From the NCBI GenBank assembly GCA_000091205.1, contig AP006493.2: a stretch of 64,000 bases of DNA, one strand, 5' to 3'. The position numbers were made by a program, and so were the translations under genes. Below, one piece after another: positions 10,560 through 19,707 of the stretch. Every line of letters begins with the position of its first letter. The first letter of the stretch is position 1. Origin of the DNA: Cyanidioschyzon merolae. Its lineage: Eukaryota. The notes beneath the pieces are model-generated. The model made no database searches. It saw only the letters and a list, made by a program, of their open reading frames with translations, and was not told where the DNA came from.

Positions 10560-12728
10560 TTTTCTCCCAAAAAACTTAGACTTATGTACTTGGAGGTAGT
10601 GGGTTTGGTTTGGCCGGTGTTCCCGGATTTCAGAAAGAAACGAGACATATTGCGTAGCGAAGAGGGTCAGGAAAAGAAGAAGAAGCAACATGGGGTGGCA
10701 TTACATCGACGGCTGCAATAGTGACGTCTGTACGACGAAATGGTGGTGGAATCCTATATTCTCCAACATATCAATGATCCGTACGACTGAATGTTGCGAG
10801 ACCCTATCAGAAACCGTGCCGGTTCGTACGCCAGGTATATTTGTACCTTCTCTTTAGGACTGTGGCTTTTGGAGAGCGAGCTGCATTGGAACGTAACGCA
10901 CATCGCAAAAGTGATATTTCCGGAAGAAATTTTCCAAATGACTTTCATCAACCACCTGATTGTTTTTAATGGGAAAACATCGGAGATAAATGAGCGAGTG
11001 CATGCCTTCCTTAAAAATAACGCCAAATACCGCCTCAGCGGTGCTGGACACCGGGGTGACGCAGACATTTACGCATACAGGGCAAAGAGGTGCCTCACGA
11101 ATGTGAGGAACCATAAAATGGCAAACCTCGATTGTTGAGTAATACGGGCCGTCTTTGCGCTGTACCTGGGCCTATTTCGCGAAGCAATGCTTGCAATCAT
11201 CGATGGTATGAAGAACGATCGCCAGCATGAACAGGAGATCAGACTCGTCGACAAGAGGACATCACGCAGGAGAAAGAATGATGCTTTTGTTATCCGCGCC
11301 ACTATTGTAAAACATCGCTCGGTCTTGGGGCATGTCAACCGAAGAGAAAATTTTCAGATATTTGAAAAGACGAACATAGGTATTACTTCCTCATCCTGCC
11401 CTGCTTTATGTTTTCGGACCGAGACCTCCACCGCAGGGCCGACATTGAGCAGAGTGTGGAAAAATGACGAGTGCGAGAAACGACATTGAAGTCTTCTCCA
11501 GATGCGCTTCAATGTCGGTCGGTTATGCGCGTTCAAGTCACATTTTGTGAATATCGACCCCATAGTCCTTTTGCATCTTCAGGATAGAGATCTATCCATA
11601 GCTCGATGTAATCAACAAATAGGTCTCCGGTGAAGATCGGGACGCCTACGAGAAGAATATCTTCGATTTCAAGCGTCCCGAACCGGCCAAAAAAAGGTTA
11701 TTCACTGGAACAATCGATCTCGATGTGGCGCACATATGTGTACACCATCAGCGGTTGAAGGCAGCTCGTCCTATCCCGTCTTCGTTACGGGCGTTGCCGA
11801 AGAACGAACACAGGTTGACGGGCTATGGAACGTATAAGCCCCATGAAAACCACTTTGGCGTCGGCCTTAGTCCCTGTAGCACGAATATCATAACCATCGC
11901 TGTTCCCAAGCGAAGGGAAGATTGCACTGACGGCACCTTACGCCACAAACATATGCTTCTGCTGAGGTTTTCGAGAGAGAGAGATACTATCGAGAATCCG
12001 GTATAATGAATGCAAGGAAGAAGATCGTTACGTGGAATGTAGGAATGAAGGATCACCTGGAGGCTTTGAGCATGGTGACGAGCCGATGAGCGGACATTCA
12101 AGCTTTTCTGAAATTCATGGAAGTTGGGGTTGCTCATTCCGTGGCGCTGTAGGGCGAGTATACAAAGCACCGCTGGGCACGTTTGCGTATGAATCTGTGC
12201 CGTGGTAAGCATCACGCATTCGCGAGCTTTTTCAATCGATTGAACGCCTTGAAAGAGAATCAAGTCAGAGGCTCGTTGTTACATATGGTGTAGGGAGCTG
12301 GGCTCCGAAAAAAAAAAGGACTACACCAGCTCCAGCGGCAGGAATGTACAAAGAATGCGCACTGTGTTTCTCTACGATACCTGTAGGTGAGTTCCGAACA
12401 TCGTATACACACCACGAGTTGGGATGTACTCTTCAGAAGATGGAGATGGAAAAGTGCCCGCGGAGTCGTCATGATATAAAAAAGTAAGGGACAGCTGACG
12501 GGAGAGCAAATGGAAAAGAGGGGAGAAGTTCGTGGACTACTTGCATTAGTAAGTACGACTACCATCGGCAAGAAACGTATGGAGTTCGCGAACCGAGTCT
12601 TTAACGCTGCAATCAATCCACGGAGATGTGCGGGAATAGACAAAAGACTCCCAGCGTCGACACGAGAAAACATTGTTGGACAACCTCTTAAACTGGAACT
12701 ATATGAGAAAAAATGGTACCCACAGTAG
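10560..12728 (+). pseudogene. TnpB/Fanzor-like RuvC nuclease reading frame, copy 1 (multiple frameshifts and stops)
   Basis: Basic stretch (EEGQEKKKKQ), then ...RLYDEMVV..., then the segment homologous to copy 2 (WNVTHIAKVIFPEEIFQMTFINHLI ... HRGDADIYAYRAKRCLTNVRNHKMANLD). RuvC-I-like position SPCSTNIITIA. Zinc-finger-like MYKECALCFSTIPVGEFRTSYTHHELGCTLQKMEMEKC (12344-12480). RuvC-III-like EFANRVFNAAINPRR (about 12585-12630), with the expected Asp replaced by Val. Confidence 0.5.
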
Positions 12729-12890
12729 GTGGCCGGTCGGAAAAGACGGGGAGGCGTCTGCACGTCAGCTAGAGATTTTTGGTCTAGGGCGAGTTTCTCG
12801 CCAGTACTGTACACTGCCGGCAGCAACGTTTTTGTTTTGAAAGGTGTTTGTTGTCGTCGTCGGGTGCGGCGGTCGTACGAGACGTTTCGG
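12729..12890 (+). ncRNA. Candidate omega-RNA scaffold region (conserved non-coding tail of element copy 1)
   Basis: The non-coding sequence just after the stop codon is conserved between the two copies at a level similar to the coding sequence. In TnpB/Fanzor systems the guide RNA scaffold overlaps and extends beyond the 3' end of the ORF. Confidence 0.25.
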
Positions 12891-14005
12891 TCTCAGAAGC
12901 TCGAGCCGACGCTTCCAAGACACTGCAATACCGTTCCGGTTTTGAAGCATAACCACGATAGCTGCGTATGGAACGTTTCGGTGCAAGTTTGCGGAAGGCA
13001 GGGCTTCCGAAGGAGCGCTGCATCAGCGCCTGTGCTGCATAGAGCGAAACTTTGTACCAGAATTGCTGGGACGCGAGAGGAACGTCAGAGAAGCTGGAGG
13101 CACATTCCTGGTCACTGGAAGCGCTGACGCGACTCGGGCGTTTCGGCACGATTTCGGCTTTACCGCACTGAAGCGCTTGTGCAGCCGCTCTCAAGGCAGA
13201 AGCTGTGCCATCATACCTACCACAGGGTATTCGGTTCGTTCCACTTGCATCGTTAGGTCACTGTTCGTACGTCGCTTTAAGGGTTTTATTCGTCGCCCAT
13301 GCGTGCTGATGCACACTTCCGGCTCGTGTTTTCCAGATCCATACGCATAGAGCAAAGTCTGTTACGGTCATACTCGGAAACTAAGCCTTCGGCGCCGCGC
13401 CCAGGTTCCTGGAGCGTTGCGATGCCGTCCAGCCAACATCAGTGAACGTTAAATCATGGCATACTTTTATCCTGCGGTTTACGATGGTTGACCTGAACCA
13501 GGGTATCTCGGGCCAGGCGCGATACATATCGGCATCCGGGTAAGCGTACGTTATGCCGTACCAGACCCGCAAATTTCACCAGCTTTCATCCACGCATCGC
13601 TTTGGAGAATTTTGAGTCTGTTGATTTGATCCTTGTTCGCTGTTGCGGATGCGAACTCCATCACGTCCGGTATCCATGACACGACTAGCAGGTTTCAATG
13701 ATGATAGTAGGCGAACGCTACTCTGCAGTTGCAATTCTGGTGCCACCTTGTCCTTTAGCAATGCTGTCCATTTGGAACAAGCTCGCCGAGATGGTTACGG
13801 ACGCTCCCCTCCACACCTTTTCTACGGTGCCAAGACCTACCAGTTTGGCATAGGTATCCAGCATATCTCAGTCCTCCTTGTTCATCCGCTTATTTTGAGT
13901 ACAGACCGAGCACGCTTGTGCAGAGCCCGCACTTCGACGAGGCATTTGATTAACGTCCCTGTAAACGATCCGCATCCAACGCGTTACCATGCGCAGGCAA
14001 CATGC

Positions 14006-15070
14006 TCAAGATGCTTTCTTCGGCGTGCTCTGGAGTGCCTCTATACTGGATTGGAGGTCTTCTTTCTCGTCACTTTCCATGAACGGCAGTATTTGTAGTA
14101 CTTCAACGACACCATTCCGACCTAGCACACAAGGCAACGACAAGAATACATCCGCCGACTCGAGGCCTCGCAACGAGCCCGCATGCGTCGTTATTGGCAG
14201 CACTTTGCGCCGATCATGCACAATCGTTGTAACGATGCTTCCAACAGCGCTGCCAATGGCCCAGTTGGTGTAGCCTTTCAGCTTAATGACCTCGTAAGCC
14301 GCGGCTACAACTTGCTGATGGACACCTTTCACCAGATCATAGAATGCTGTGGACGCGCTCGCAGCGTCGGTCATGCGCTCGAAGCATGTTCGCAACGGCA
14401 CGCCACCAACCGTAATACCACTCCGGTACACGAACGAGGAGTCTCCGTGCTCGCCCAGTACCATGGCCTGGACGGAAGCGGTATCGATGCCCAGCCGCTG
14501 CGCCAGAAGTGTGCGGAAACGCGAAGAGTCCAAATATGTCCCTGAGCCAATCACACGTTCGCGGGGCAAGCCACTCATCTGCCACGCTAGATGTGTCAAT
14601 AGATCAACGGGGTTACTCACAACCAACAGGATTGTGTTCGGCGAATACTGCACCAGGGGCGGAATAATGCCTTTGAACAATGCGGCATTGCGATCCATGA
14701 GCTCAAGACGACTTTCTCCGGGCCGCTGACGCACACCTGCCGTTATAATACATACTGCTGAATGTGCTGTATCCTCGTAGGACTCGGCAGCCCGGATGCG
14801 GGTGCTATAGAACGCACCTCCATGCTGCAAGTCCATAACTTGACCCTTGAGTTTGTCCTTAAGAACGTCCACCAGTACCAGCTCACTACAAATATCTCGG
14901 GTCAAAATATTATACGCGCAAGCAACGCCAACGTCGCCAGCTCCAACCACGGTGATGCGGACGGGGTACGAACGTGCAAGCGCCGCACCCGGCGTGTCGA
15001 TCGCAGGCGAGACCTCCCCAAAGAGACTTCCCTGAAGCTCAGCCGCTGCCTCGTCGATCCCTGACGTCAT
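14006..15070 (-). CDS. LDH: L-lactate dehydrogenase (LDH/MDH superfamily, LDH-type Gln at the specificity position)
   Basis: RITVVGAGDVGVACAYNIL...LVDV...GQVMDLQHG (Rossmann fold). ITAGVRQRPGESRLEL (Gln102 and Arg109 equivalents). VSNPVD. LGEHGDSS (catalytic His). Ends in TGA. About 30-aa N-terminal extension. Confidence 0.85.
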   Translation of the reverse strand: MTSGIDEAAAELQGSLFGEVSPAIDTPGAALARSYPVRITVVGAGDVGVACAYNILTRDICSELVLVDVLKDKLKGQVMDLQHGGAFYSTRIRAAESYEDTAHSAVCIITAGVRQRPGESRLELMDRNAALFKGIIPPLVQYSPNTILLVVSNPVDLLTHLAWQMSGLPRERVIGSGTYLDSSRFRTLLAQRLGIDTASVQAMVLGEHGDSSFVYRSGITVGGVPLRTCFERMTDAASASTAFYDLVKGVHQQVVAAAYEVIKLKGYTNWAIGSAVGSIVTTIVHDRRKVLPITTHAGSLRGLESADVFLSLPCVLGRNGVVEVLQILPFMESDEKEDLQSSIEALQSTPKKAS

Positions 15071-16334
15071 TCCAAAGAGCGCAGTTCCACGATTTGCTTC
15101 CTTGCGAGACAGATCTTCGAAAAAGTCCGACTACAGGTTTTAGATCGCCCGAGCTGCGGTGCAGGGTTGTTTCCAGCACTGGTGCCGAGATCGCTACAAA
15201 CCCGTGATCGTTTTGTTCTCCAGCACTATAGGCCTCGCCAAAACTAGGTACAGTGCTCTTTGATAACACAGCTGTCTGATCCACGAAGGTATTGCTTTAA
15301 GTCAGAGGGAACGCCCGAGACTGAGCGCCCTGAATAAAGCATGCTATCCGTTGAGGACACAAAGATGCACTTGAGGGCTTTCGCGATCGCCCAGAAGCGC
15401 CTTCCGGAGATTCGATCCAGAGCGATGCGCGTCTCGATGACGAGTCCGCCTCCGGAGCGTTTTTTTCTTTTTGATGAAAAAACGTTTGCATTGACCATGC
15501 ATCCCAGAATTCGGAACGCACGATGGCTTCCGGGGATATCTCGATCATAGTGCACCTGTCCTCAAGTCCCATTACCCATACTACCTCTCTGATATACTGG
15601 TCGTTTCGTATGTTCTATCGAGCGCCGAGCCTGTTGTGAGCACCCGCTGTAGCGCTTATACCGCTGAAGCAGGTGCTGCACAGAGACAGAACGGCTTTGC
15701 CATACCACTAAGGGCGTCCGCTCGAGGAATGATTCACCTGAACCGGAATCAGGGCTATTTGTCATTCTGGGAACATGCAAAATGCGCAGACAGACCTACT
15801 ACCTGCGACAGCGCGAAGTGCTGTACTAGGATTCCACTGCGACCAGGGCGAGGCCCAACGCAGCATCCTGTGCATAGTCTCAGGATGAAATGCGCTGCGA
15901 ACGAGCTACGCAGGTCTTGCAGCAGCAGCAGCAGCAGCAGCGGCGGCCACTTTAGAGGCATACCGAGCTCTAGCCCGGTAGACTCGACCGGCTCGCGGGA
16001 CCTTCCGCCTCGAACATAAGCTTCCGATAATACGGCGATCTATTTCCCCTTAAACGCTTATCGTAGAGCGGGAAAAAATTTTATATCGTTTCTTGTAAAT
16101 TGTAAGTCACTGTCCTTTTTCCTATATGGCGCGCTCGATACGTGCATCTCCAAGTATGGCACTTAGGAGACACGACGCGTGTGTCGCCATTGAAGAGAAA
16201 CGCGATCGTGACGACACGTTATCTTGTTGTTCTAACGGGCAAGTTGTATATCTGTGGAAGTCGTAACAAATCATAGTTTCCAGTTCGATTGTGTCTCAAC
16301 CCTCAAGTAAACATATTCAATTGATTTCTCGCAG

Positions 16335-16342
16335 TATATAAT
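16335..16342 (+). promoter_or_regulatory. TATA-box-like motif upstream of the Fanzor-like ORF (copy 2)
   Basis: TATATAAT in an AT-rich stretch 52-59 bp 5' of ATG 16394. Confidence 0.3.
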
Positions 16343-16393
16343 AGAAGGGTTCAAAGAGCGTTCTTTTTCACAGAAAAAAATGAAAAGAAAGTT

Positions 16394-18568
16394 ATGAAAA
16401 AGCAAGTCGACGATCCTGGAGGCCCAGTGTCGCCTGCTGCCAGAAATAAAAACAAAAAACAGAGCCGAGTCCAGAAGAACAGGAAAAGAAGAAGAAGCAA
16501 AAGGGGAGGCCCTAAGTCGAAGGCGGCAAGAAAGACGACTGTACGACGAGATGCTGGTGAAAGCCTGTCTTCTTAAACATATCGACCATCCCTACAAGGA
16601 AAATTTGCGAGACGCTATCGAAAAACGTTTCGATTCGTACTCCATGAGTATTTTCAAGGCGTCGTCAAGACTGATGCATTTGGCATGGGAGATGTACGAG
16701 AACGTGGCGCACTTAGAAACGGTCGAGATTCCGGACGATTCTTTCGATAAGACCTTTATTCGACACCTGATGCTTGGCACAGCGGAAACGCGGAGGGAAA
16801 ATGTGCTAGTGCATGGCCTTTACGAAAAACATCCCTTTTACAGGTTCGAGGGTACTCGATACAAGCGTGACCGGGATATTTACATGTACGGAGCGATGAA
16901 GTATATCACGAACCTGAAGAATCCTTTGGCAGCGAACCTCGAACGTTTCATGATACGCACCGTGTCTGCACACTGCCCGGGCATCTCTCGCAAAGGAGTA
17001 TGGGCGATTATCAATGGCATCACGAACGATCGTAAGCGTGAAGATGAGGTTGAATTTGTCAGGGAGAAGGCGTCATGCAGGAGTACGAATGAAGCTGCTG
17101 TAATGCGTGCGGCGATATAATAGCACCGCGCAATCTTGGGGTTGCCGAATCCAACAGAAAGGGTATCAGATTTAAAAAACGATAAGGAAAGATACTATTG
17201 CCTCATCCTGCGATATTTTTTGTCTCTGGACCGAGGGCTCCAACGCGAGGCAGAGATGAAGGTGAGTTGGAGAAAAAATGAAGAGTGGGAGAGACGGAAG
17301 GCTCTGCTAATGGGAAAGTGCGTCAACGTCATACCAATGTGCAACATCAAGTCACATTTCGTGACTATCGACTCCAGCGTCCTTTACGGCATCATGACGG
17401 AGATCATTCCGGAGTTCGATGTAAACAGGAAGGAGTTCACCTGTGATAACCGGGAGACGGACTGGAAGAATAGCTTCAATTTCAAACGTCTCGAAGTCAA
17501 CAAACAAAAGGTATTCACTGGGATGATCGAATCCGATGGATTAGCCATGTGTATACACTATCGGCGGTTGAAGACAGATCGTCCAGTTCCGTCCTCAGCG
17601 AAGCATGAAGATGAGAAGGATATGGGTCCTGCGACGAAGAAAGTGCATGGGAACGACTTTGTCGTTCGCGCGCACCCTGGAAACACGAATATCGTAACCA
17701 TCGCAGCACCCAAGCGTGCGGAAGATGGTACTGACGGCAACTTGCGTCAGAAAGACACGCGTCTGTTGAGATTCTCGAGAGCGAGATTCTACCGAGAATC
17801 GCGTATAATGGATGCAAGGAAGAAAATTAAGACATTGAATGCAGGATTGCGGGAGCGCCTTGAAGCTAGAAGGGAGGTGACGAGCCGTGAAGCAGACTTT
17901 GTAGCTGTTCGGGAGTTCATGGAAGTTCGCGTTGCTCATTGGGAGGCGTTGTGGAAAGAATACGCCAAGCCGATGCGAGCTCTTCTGCGTCCGAATCCAT
18001 ACTGTGGGAAGCAGCGTGCATTTGACAACTTTTTCAATGAGTTGAGCTTCTAGAAGGAGGACAAATCACAAAGGCTCGCAGTGGCGTACGGAGCAGGGCG
18101 CTGGAAGACCAGGAAAGGGACTACGCCACCTCCAACGACAAGAACGTTCAAGGAGTGCGTAAGACGTTTCGTTACGATACCAATAGACGAGTTCCGTGCC
18201 TCGTATACACACCATGAACTGGGGTGCACACTTCAGAGCGTGGAGATGGAAAAGTGCCAACGGAGCCCTGAGGATATAAAAAATACGGACCGCTGACAGA
18301 AGAGCAGCTGGAAAGTATGGCGAAAGTTCGTGGGCTACTTGCATTAGTACGTACAATCAATGGCGAGATACGTATGGGGTTTGTGAACCGAGACTTTAAC
18401 GCCGCAATCAAGATAAGGAAATGTACGGTGACGGAGAGAAGACCTCCAGAGTGGACAAGAGTGAACTTCAATGGACAACCGCTCAAAGTTGAACTGTATG
18501 AGAACAAATTGGAATCAGTAGAGGGGTGCCTGTCGAACAAGACTAGGATGCGTCTGCACAGCTGCTGA
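16394..18568 (+). pseudogene. TnpB/Fanzor-like (OMEGA-type) RuvC nuclease reading frame, copy 2; interrupted by in-frame TAA-TAG (17118-17123), TAG (18054-18056) and a frameshift near 18297-18316, or alternatively by unusual introns
   Basis: N-terminal basic NLS-like segment NKNKKQSRVQKNRKRRRSKRGGPKSKAARK (16394-16576). Two long ORFs in frame, 16551-17120 and 17136-18053. RuvC-I-like position VRAHPGNTNIVTIAAP (17673-17699), with His where the catalytic Asp of G-I-D-x-G is expected. Possible RuvC-II region ADFVAVREFMEV. Zinc-finger-like segment KECVRRF...YTHHELGCTLQSVEMEKC (18081-18296). RuvC-III-like GFVNRDFNAAIKIRK (18377-18421), matching the TnpB/Cas12 D-x-N-A-A-x-N-I signature. Confidence 0.55.
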
Positions 18569-18685
18569 AAACGTACTGTCGAAAGCGTGTTTCACGCTTC
18601 AACTGTACACCGCTGGCGGCAGCGTTTTTCTTTTGAACGGCGTATTTCCCGAAGGTCGTCACGAGAGCGAGGACTTCTATACAGC
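18569..18685 (+). ncRNA. Candidate omega-RNA scaffold region (conserved non-coding tail of element copy 2)
   Basis: Same reasoning as for 12729-12890. Conservation stops just before the UFD1 start codon. Confidence 0.25.
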
Positions 18686-18696
18686 AATAAGTTGTC

Positions 18697-19707
18697 ATGG
18701 ACGACAATATGTTACCGGACGATGTTGTGGGGCCTCTGCGACCAGCACGCCCCGTGCGGAGGCAGCTCGAAAGCTTCTCGCTTGCGTTCTCGAACGCAGC
18801 TCGGCCAGAGTACGAGCTTGGCGATAAAATCCTGCTTCCACAATCGTTGCTTGCGGAACTCATCCAATGGAATACCGAAGATCCAATGATCTTTCGCGTG
18901 CAAGCACAAAGATCCGAAAGAGTCACGCACGTCGGGGTGATCGAGTTTACCGCTGAGGAAGGCAAGTGCTACTTACCTCACTGGTTGATGCAGAACCTCG
19001 CCTTGCAGGAAGGCGACGTCGTACAGCTAGAGACTGCGAGTCTCCCAAAGGCTCGCTATGTGAAGCTGCAGCCACATCTAACTGAGTTCACGCAGATGAC
19101 GAACCCGCGGGCAGTGCTGGAGACGAGACTTCGGCACTATACCGCACTAACGGAGGGTGACGAGATCGCGATTGAGTACAACGGAAAAATGTTTTGGTTG
19201 ACGGTCATTGCTTGTGAACCGGCAAGCGCTGTATGTGTGACGGACACCGACGTGAGCGTCGAGTTCGCACCGCCGCGCGATATGCCCCCGGAGATGCCCG
19301 CGGTAAGGACAAACGCCGGGATGAGCAGCACATCGCAGTGCGCTGGTCGAATCGAGTTTGGGGACGCCACCGCCGCCACCGCTGGGGAACCCGCTGCAGC
19401 AACAACTTCCCGCTCATTGTGGCGCAGAAAGAACGAAAAAGCCGCTTCCGGGGATGAAGGCATGACCACTGGCAGCCGCGATGGCGTGCCGAACGCGCCA
19501 GCGAATGCACAGCCGCAGCACGATGACTACTGGAGCAAGCTCTCGGGGGGTCGGACGCTCAGTGGTCGACCAGTGTTTGCGTCTGATTCACCCAGAACCG
19601 TGGAAACATCAACAGGTACACCGAGCAGACCAAAGGCACAACCGACCTCAACCGATGGTCCCAAAAAGTTTGTACCCTTCTCCGGTACAGGTCGGACGCT
19701 GCGCTGA
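18697..19707 (+). CDS. UFD1: Ubiquitin fusion degradation protein 1 (UFD1)
   Basis: ILLPQSLLAELIQWNTEDPMIFRVQ...THVGVIEFTAEEGKCYLPHWLMQNLALQEGDVVQLETASLP...FTQMTNPRAVLETRLRHYTALTEGDEIAIEYNGKMFWLTV aligns closely to the UFD1 double-psi beta-barrel. Ends in TGA. Intronless. Confidence 0.9.
   Translation: MDDNMLPDDVVGPLRPARPVRRQLESFSLAFSNAARPEYELGDKILLPQSLLAELIQWNTEDPMIFRVQAQRSERVTHVGVIEFTAEEGKCYLPHWLMQNLALQEGDVVQLETASLPKARYVKLQPHLTEFTQMTNPRAVLETRLRHYTALTEGDEIAIEYNGKMFWLTVIACEPASAVCVTDTDVSVEFAPPRDMPPEMPAVRTNAGMSSTSQCAGRIEFGDATAATAGEPAAATTSRSLWRRKNEKAASGDEGMTTGSRDGVPNAPANAQPQHDDYWSKLSGGRTLSGRPVFASDSPRTVETSTGTPSRPKAQPTSTDGPKKFVPFSGTGRTLR

Larger units (their letters stand above)
9825..12890 (+). 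mobile_element. Copy 1 of a ~3.1 kb dispersed element encoding a TnpB/Fanzor-like nuclease (more decayed copy)
   Basis: Nucleotide and protein-level homology to 15598-18685 runs along the whole length. It covers the 5' non-coding part (CTGTCGTGAGCACCCGCCGTAGC...), the coding part, and about 160 bp 3' of the stop (GCGTCTGCAC...GTTTC.CGC...ACTGTACAC.GC.GGCAGC..CGTTTTT.TTTTGAA). Flanks outside these limits are unrelated. Confidence 0.55.
15598..18685 (+). mobile_element. Copy 2 of the ~3.1 kb element encoding a TnpB/Fanzor-like nuclease (better preserved copy); its right end lies 10-25 bp upstream of the UFD1 ATG
   Basis: See copy 1. A TATATAAT box at 16335-16342 lies about 55 bp upstream of the first ATG (16394). 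Homology to copy 1 ends near 18670-18690. Confidence 0.55.

Noticed and set aside
11823-12826. Minus-strand ORFs 11823-12263, 12260-12826, 17515-17939 and 18066-18540 as genes
   Set aside because: They lie antisense to the Fanzor-like reading frames. They are conserved between copies only because the sense strand is. No motifs were recognised in them.
14006-15070. LDH-like malate dehydrogenase (Arg at the substrate-specificity position)
   Set aside because: On careful alignment (RQRPGESR vs human RQQEGESR and Bst NQKPGETR) the Gln102-equivalent is retained. The Arg is the following residue, so this is LDH-type.
17118-18316. Clean intron-exon model for the Fanzor-like genes (e.g. GTAAGG donor after ...DIKK in copy 1)
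   Set aside because: The putative intron is as conserved between copies as the exons, and no acceptor restores the frame without a stop. The interruptions are better explained as pseudogene lesions, pending RNA evidence.
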